Origin: an uncultured Hormoscilla sp.
GTDB taxonomy: Bacteria > Cyanobacteriota > Cyanobacteriia > Cyanobacteriales > Desertifilaceae
Assembly: GCA_963921275.4 (NCBI GenBank)
Contig: OZ001293.3
Location: forward strand, 1,536,001-1,600,000
Length of the DNA: 64,000 nucleotides
Direction: 5' to 3'
Shown here: in pieces, positions 59,494 to 64,000 of the stretch
Numbering within the stretch: the first letter of the stretch is position 1
Layout of the letters: every line of letters starts with the position of its first letter
Notes under the pieces: model-generated
Told to the model about the DNA's origin: nothing
Database searches by the model: none
Seen by the model: the letters and a program-made list of their open reading frames with translations, nothing else
Position numbers and translations under genes: made by a program

Positions 59494-60360
59494 TTATTGA
59501 GAGTATTGCTGGACTTCTTCAATGGTCAAGCTCAGGGTTTGGGCTACCTGCTCGGTGGTTAAGCCAAGAGCTAATAATCTGGGAACTGCTGCTCTTTGAG
59601 CCTGTTCAGCTCGAAATGCTCGCTCCTGTTGTTGCTCCGCACGCTCTCGCTCACGGTCCGCACGCTCTCGTTCGCGTTCGGCTCGTTCTTCTCCCAGTAG
59701 TAATAGATTTCCCCGCTCGTCCCACCACCGCATCCACGGCTGATGAGAGTTGAGATAGAAACCCCGCCAGACTCCTAGTTCTACTCCCAAGGGCGGTATG
59801 GGATAATGTCCCCGTTCATTGGGTCTCATCTGCTGGTAAGACCCGGACTGCAACTCATAGAATTCTAAAGCACCGCTATTGACAAAATAGATGCCATAAT
59901 AGGGAATCTTGATGACTTGCTCGTAAACCCAGAATTTTCCCGCCTTTATTAGATTACCTTCAGCATCGCGAGATATAGGTGTATTGTTACGTTCAACAGC
60001 ACCATTACCACTGGCAAACTCTAAGACAATCTGCGGCATAGTCGGTTCGTTCCATAACACGTAGGAACGGCGAATCTGGGAGTCCAGCATGGGGGGCACC
60101 CCTGGTACATAGAACCAGTCCGGTGCTACCGCTCCTGCTTCTGGCGGGTCTGTTTGAGTCCAGTAAATACCGCAGTCTTGCCCGATCGCATATTGTCCGT
60201 CCGGGTGCAGTTGTCGTAATACTGGTCCAATTGAATCTGTGAGAATCAGGCTTTGGGGATGTTCTTGAAAGTTTTTCACAAATGTGCCATCCGACTCTGG
60301 TAGCTGGGTATGAGCCGGTAAAATCGGAGTCTTTACTGTTTTTGCTGCTGTCTGTACCAT
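59494..60360 (-). CDS. Uma2 family endonuclease, array copy 6 (first in transcription order)
   Basis: Tandem paralog. Confidence 0.88.
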   Translation of the reverse strand: MVQTAAKTVKTPILPAHTQLPESDGTFVKNFQEHPQSLILTDSIGPVLRQLHPDGQYAIGQDCGIYWTQTDPPEAGAVAPDWFYVPGVPPMLDSQIRRSYVLWNEPTMPQIVLEFASGNGAVERNNTPISRDAEGNLIKAGKFWVYEQVIKIPYYGIYFVNSGALEFYELQSGSYQQMRPNERGHYPIPPLGVELGVWRGFYLNSHQPWMRWWDERGNLLLLGEERAERERERADRERERAEQQQERAFRAEQAQRAAVPRLLALGLTTEQVAQTLSLTIEEVQQYSQ

Positions 60361-60778
60361 TTTATTTTACCCTTAGAGAGGGTAGCGCTTCTATTATATT
60401 ATTTTTGAGCTGCGCTGCACCGCGTTCCCATATTATATCATATCTACTGCGCCTGGTTACTAGTCGGCCCTCGATCGCGGTTGTAGCACCGGGAGCACCT
60501 TAATAGACCCAAACCGTTTGTTGACGTTCTGCAAGACTGATGTTAATCTAGTAAGTAGCCTGATATTGAACCTCGCGGGGCTGTTATGGTGCCAGAGGAT
60601 TGCCCTGGGTGCGAATGGTACGACTTAATGATAGAATGTAGGGAACATGTCCCGAATGACTCCAGAACAAAAAAAATTAATTCCGGTTTATCGGGAAAAA
60701 TGGATGAAAATCGTGCGATCGACTGAAAGAGTTTACCGCGATCGGGCATAAAAAAAGATCAAAGCTGCTTACGATCTG

Positions 60779-61640
60779 ATGGGTGAAAAAGAACCGGAAG
60801 TGATTTTCTGTGATAGTCCTTACGCGGCTTTGGATGTGGTTGATTGGTATGACGTAGAAAGTAGCTTAATGGTGCTGCCATGGGGACTACCAGGAAAATT
60901 TTATTCAGATTATATGATTGGGATAATAAACGACTTAATCTACAGTAGATTAATAGAGGTAGCATTTGAAGATTATCAAAAAGCAGAAAATAAACAATGG
61001 AAAGCGGGCCCATTGTACGATCCTGGCTATGATTACTGCCTAGATCCAGGCTTTTGTAGAACGGGAATGGGTTTTGATTTTGCACTCTCGGTTTTAAAAG
61101 AGGATTGTGATGTCAAGTCTAAGTTAGGCTTTAATTTGTTAGTTAACCTGGGAGGTTGGATTTTCGCTCATCAGAAGGCATGTGTAATATGGGATCGCCC
61201 GACAAAAATGTGCTTGGACGACAAACAACTCCTTCACAAGGTTTTCCTGCCATCCAATTTTCTGATGGGTTTAGCGTTTATGCCTATCACGGGGTGGGAT
61301 TACCAGAAAAATACGGTAAAATCCATCCGGATCAATGGCAATCTCAGTGGCTTTTAGAAGAAGAAAACGCGGAACTGAGGCGAGTGCTGATTCAGGGGAT
61401 TGGTTACGCAAGAATTAGCCAAGAGTTACAGGCAACTCCATTAGATGATTGGCGAGAATACACGCTGTTAAGAATAAACTTAAATGTAGATCGAGAGCAA
61501 ATTAACCTGTTAAAAATGACCTGTCCGAGTACGGGTTATATTCATTGCCTCAGAGTCCCGCCCTATTTCCAAAATGCCAGAGAAGCAATTCGCTGGGTGA
61601 ATTGGGACATAGATCCGGAAAGTTTCGCGATCGAGACTTA
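60779..61640 (+). pseudogene. DUF6745-like protein, frameshifted (start uncertain)
   Basis: WDRP, FSDGFSVYAYHGV, ENAELRRVLI and LKMTCPSTG...LRVPP motifs across two frames. Confidence 0.75.
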
Positions 61641-61731
61641 AAATATATGTGGTATATCAAAAAATGACGAGGAACCGATCGTGCAGAGGTTTTCACTTGC
61701 CAATTGGCTATCAAGGAGAGGTAGAAGAAGT

Positions 61732-63740
61732 ATGAGGCGTTATTTGTGGGCGGGACTGCTGGTGGTGACCGTGCTGCTATCAACACAGTTTCAGACAACG
61801 GCCACCGAAAGATGCGACATTATTACACGGAGTTGGAGTTTCCGCCTCTGCCAGAAATTCAGGTGCCCGACTATACCCGCTTTCAGCTAGAGAACGGCAT
61901 GAAGGTATTCTTGATGCCAGACCGGGAACTTCCTCTAATCAGCGGTACGGCCATATTCGCTACGGGCGATCGCTTGGAACCTGCGGACAAAGTAGGACTG
62001 GCCAGCATTGTCGGGGAAGTGATGCGTACTGGGGGCACCCGCACCCACTCGCCAGGGGAACTTAACGAACTGCTGGAACAACGGGCCGCTGCGATCGAGA
62101 CCTCCATCAGGACTACGGCGGGGGTTGCTATGTTTAATGCCTTGAGTGAAGACACCGACTTGGTGTTGGGGCTATTTGCCGAAGTGCTGCGAGAACCTGT
62201 TTTTGACGAAAGACAGTTCCAGTTAGCTAAAACCCAGCTACGGGGAGAAATAGCTCGTCGTAACGATGACCCTTCTGACATTGCCAGTCGGGAGTTCCAG
62301 AAACTGGTCTACGGACCTGCAAGTCCCTATGCTCGCACGATTGAATATGCGACAATCGACAATATAACCCGCGAGGATCTCGTCAGTTTCTGGGCTAAAT
62401 ATTTCCATCCCAACAATATGATTCTGGGAATAGTGGGAGATTTAAATCCGCTTTCAGCTAGAGAACGGCATGAAGGTATTCTTGATGCCAGACCGGGAAC
62501 TTCCTCTAATCAGCGGTACGGCCATATTCGCTACGGGCGATCGCTTGGAACCTGCGGACAAAGTAGGACTGGCCAGCATTGTCGGGGAAGTGATGCGTAC
62601 TGGGGGCACCCGCACCCACTCGCCAGGGGAACTTAACGAACTGCTGGAACAACGGGCCGCTGCGATCGAGACCTCCATCAGGACTACGGCGGGGGTTGCT
62701 ATGTTTAATGCCTTGAGTGAAGACACCGACTTGGTGTTGGGGCTATTTGCCGAAGTGCTGCGAGAACCTGTTTTTGACAAAAGACAGTTCCAGTTAGCTA
62801 AAACCCAGCTACGGGGAGAAATAGCTCGTCGTAACGATGACCCTTCTGACATTGCCAGTCGGGAGTTCCAGAAACTGGTCTACGGACCTGCAAGTCCCTA
62901 TGCTCGCACGATTGAATATGCGACAATCGACAATATACCCGCGAGGATCTCGTCAGTTTCTGGGCTAAATATTTCCATCCCAACAATATGATTCTGGGAA
63001 TAGTGGGAGATTTAGATCCGCAAGCAATGCGCCAACTTATTGTGCAAAAGTTTGGTGACTGGCCAGCTAACCGGCAGCTAGAAATACCTCCACTGCCAAA
63101 GGTTGAGCAAGCAAATATGGGGGGAATTTTTATGGTCGATCGGCCTCAGTTAAGCCAAAGTAACGTCCTCATGGGACATCTGGGGGGTAAGTTTAAAGAT
63201 CCCGACTATTTTGCCCTGGATGTGATGAATGGGGTGCTGAATGGTTTGGGGGGACGGCTGTTTAATAAAGTGCGATCGGCCCAAGGATTAGCTTACTCGG
63301 TCTACGGATTTTGGAATCCCAGGTATGACTACCCGGGCAAGTTTATTGCTGGCGGACAAACCCGTTCCGAGGCAACTGTGCCCTTTATTCAGGCAGTCCG
63401 ATCGGAAATTGAGCAGATCCGGACAACTCCTATTTCCCCAGCAGAACTGAAGTCCGCCCAAGATGCCGTTCTCAACTCTTTTGTCTTTAACTTTGCTACC
63501 CCCTCTCAAACCCGGTCGCGGCTGATGCAATATGAATATTACGGCTATCCAGAATATTTTATCTTCCAGTACCGTAAAGGGGTGGAAGGGACTACAGTCG
63601 CAGATATCCAGCGGGTCGCTAACCGTTATCTCCAACCAGATGATATCGTGACTCTGGTAGTGGGCAATGCTTCGGCAATTCAGCCACCTCTAAGTAGTCT
63701 CGATCGGGGGACTACTGTGACGAAGATCGATATAAAGTAG
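61732..63740 (+). pseudogene. Second M16 peptidase subunit with an internal 571-bp tandem duplication and frameshifts
   Basis: LENGMKVFL, MRTGGT, RRNDDP and RLFNKVRSAQGLAYSV motifs spread over several ORFs. Confidence 0.85.
61877..63017 (+). repeat. Tandem duplication 61877-62447 / 62448-63017
   Basis: Near-identical units bounded by CCGC microhomology. Confidence 0.9.
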
Positions 63741-63867
63741 GTTGGGTTAAAGGCAGTGGATACTGTTGGCGAGTTCGGTACGACAGCTACCAGACATTGA
63801 ACCGATGTGGGCAAATATCTCGTCACCTGCCATAATATAGCTTAAACCAGGTTGACAGGAAAAAAAG

Positions 63868-64000
63868 ATGGGTTTAGTTTACGCAGACATTGAACTGATT
63901 AACGGGGATGACCTCACCTTCTACCGCCGGGGCCACATCTCAACAGACCAAATCAAACGCTGCCAGGTCAGGGCGCTAGTTGATAGCGGTGCTTATCTGC
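63868..64000 (+). CDS. Clan AA aspartic protease, partial
   Basis: Manual translation MGLVYADIELIN...RALVDSGAYL (DSG motif). Confidence 0.8.
   Translation, partial: MGLVYADIELINGDDLTFYRRGHISTDQIKRCQVRALVDSGAYL

Noticed and set aside
55063..60360. Diversity-generating retroelement behind the Uma2 variation
   Set aside because: Differences are not adenine-restricted, whole genes are duplicated, and no RT or TR/VR pair was seen

Overview
Cyanobacterial chromosome segment, judged by frequent HIP1 GCGATCGC octamers and the der-ecfT-pipX-pipY-sepF-proC and mlaE-DUF3119-DUF3086-plsY clusters. Core genes are intact, while many accessory genes are broken by stops, frameshifts, deletions and insertions. 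The main signal is a family of five ORF-less group IIB-like introns of about 865-995 nt: 4259-6146 with a second intron nested at 4347-5340, 19490-20432, 48379-49243 (-) and 52357-53227 (-). Each has EBS1/EBS2 sequences matched to its own target site. All five appear to end one nucleotide beyond the canonical AY position, supported by reading-frame restoration and 5/5 EBS3-IBS3 and gamma-gamma' covariation. Each carries a conserved non-coding domain IV instead of an RT ORF, and no RT gene was seen in the window. The nested intron targets a site conserved across its own family. Also present: IS630, ISAzo13-like and IS256-like elements inside genes, two tandem Uma2 nuclease arrays (3 and 6 copies), in-frame palindromic micro-insertions, a TA/defence-like island and a possible orphan toxin-immunity pair. 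All calls are by eye; no searches or folding were run.
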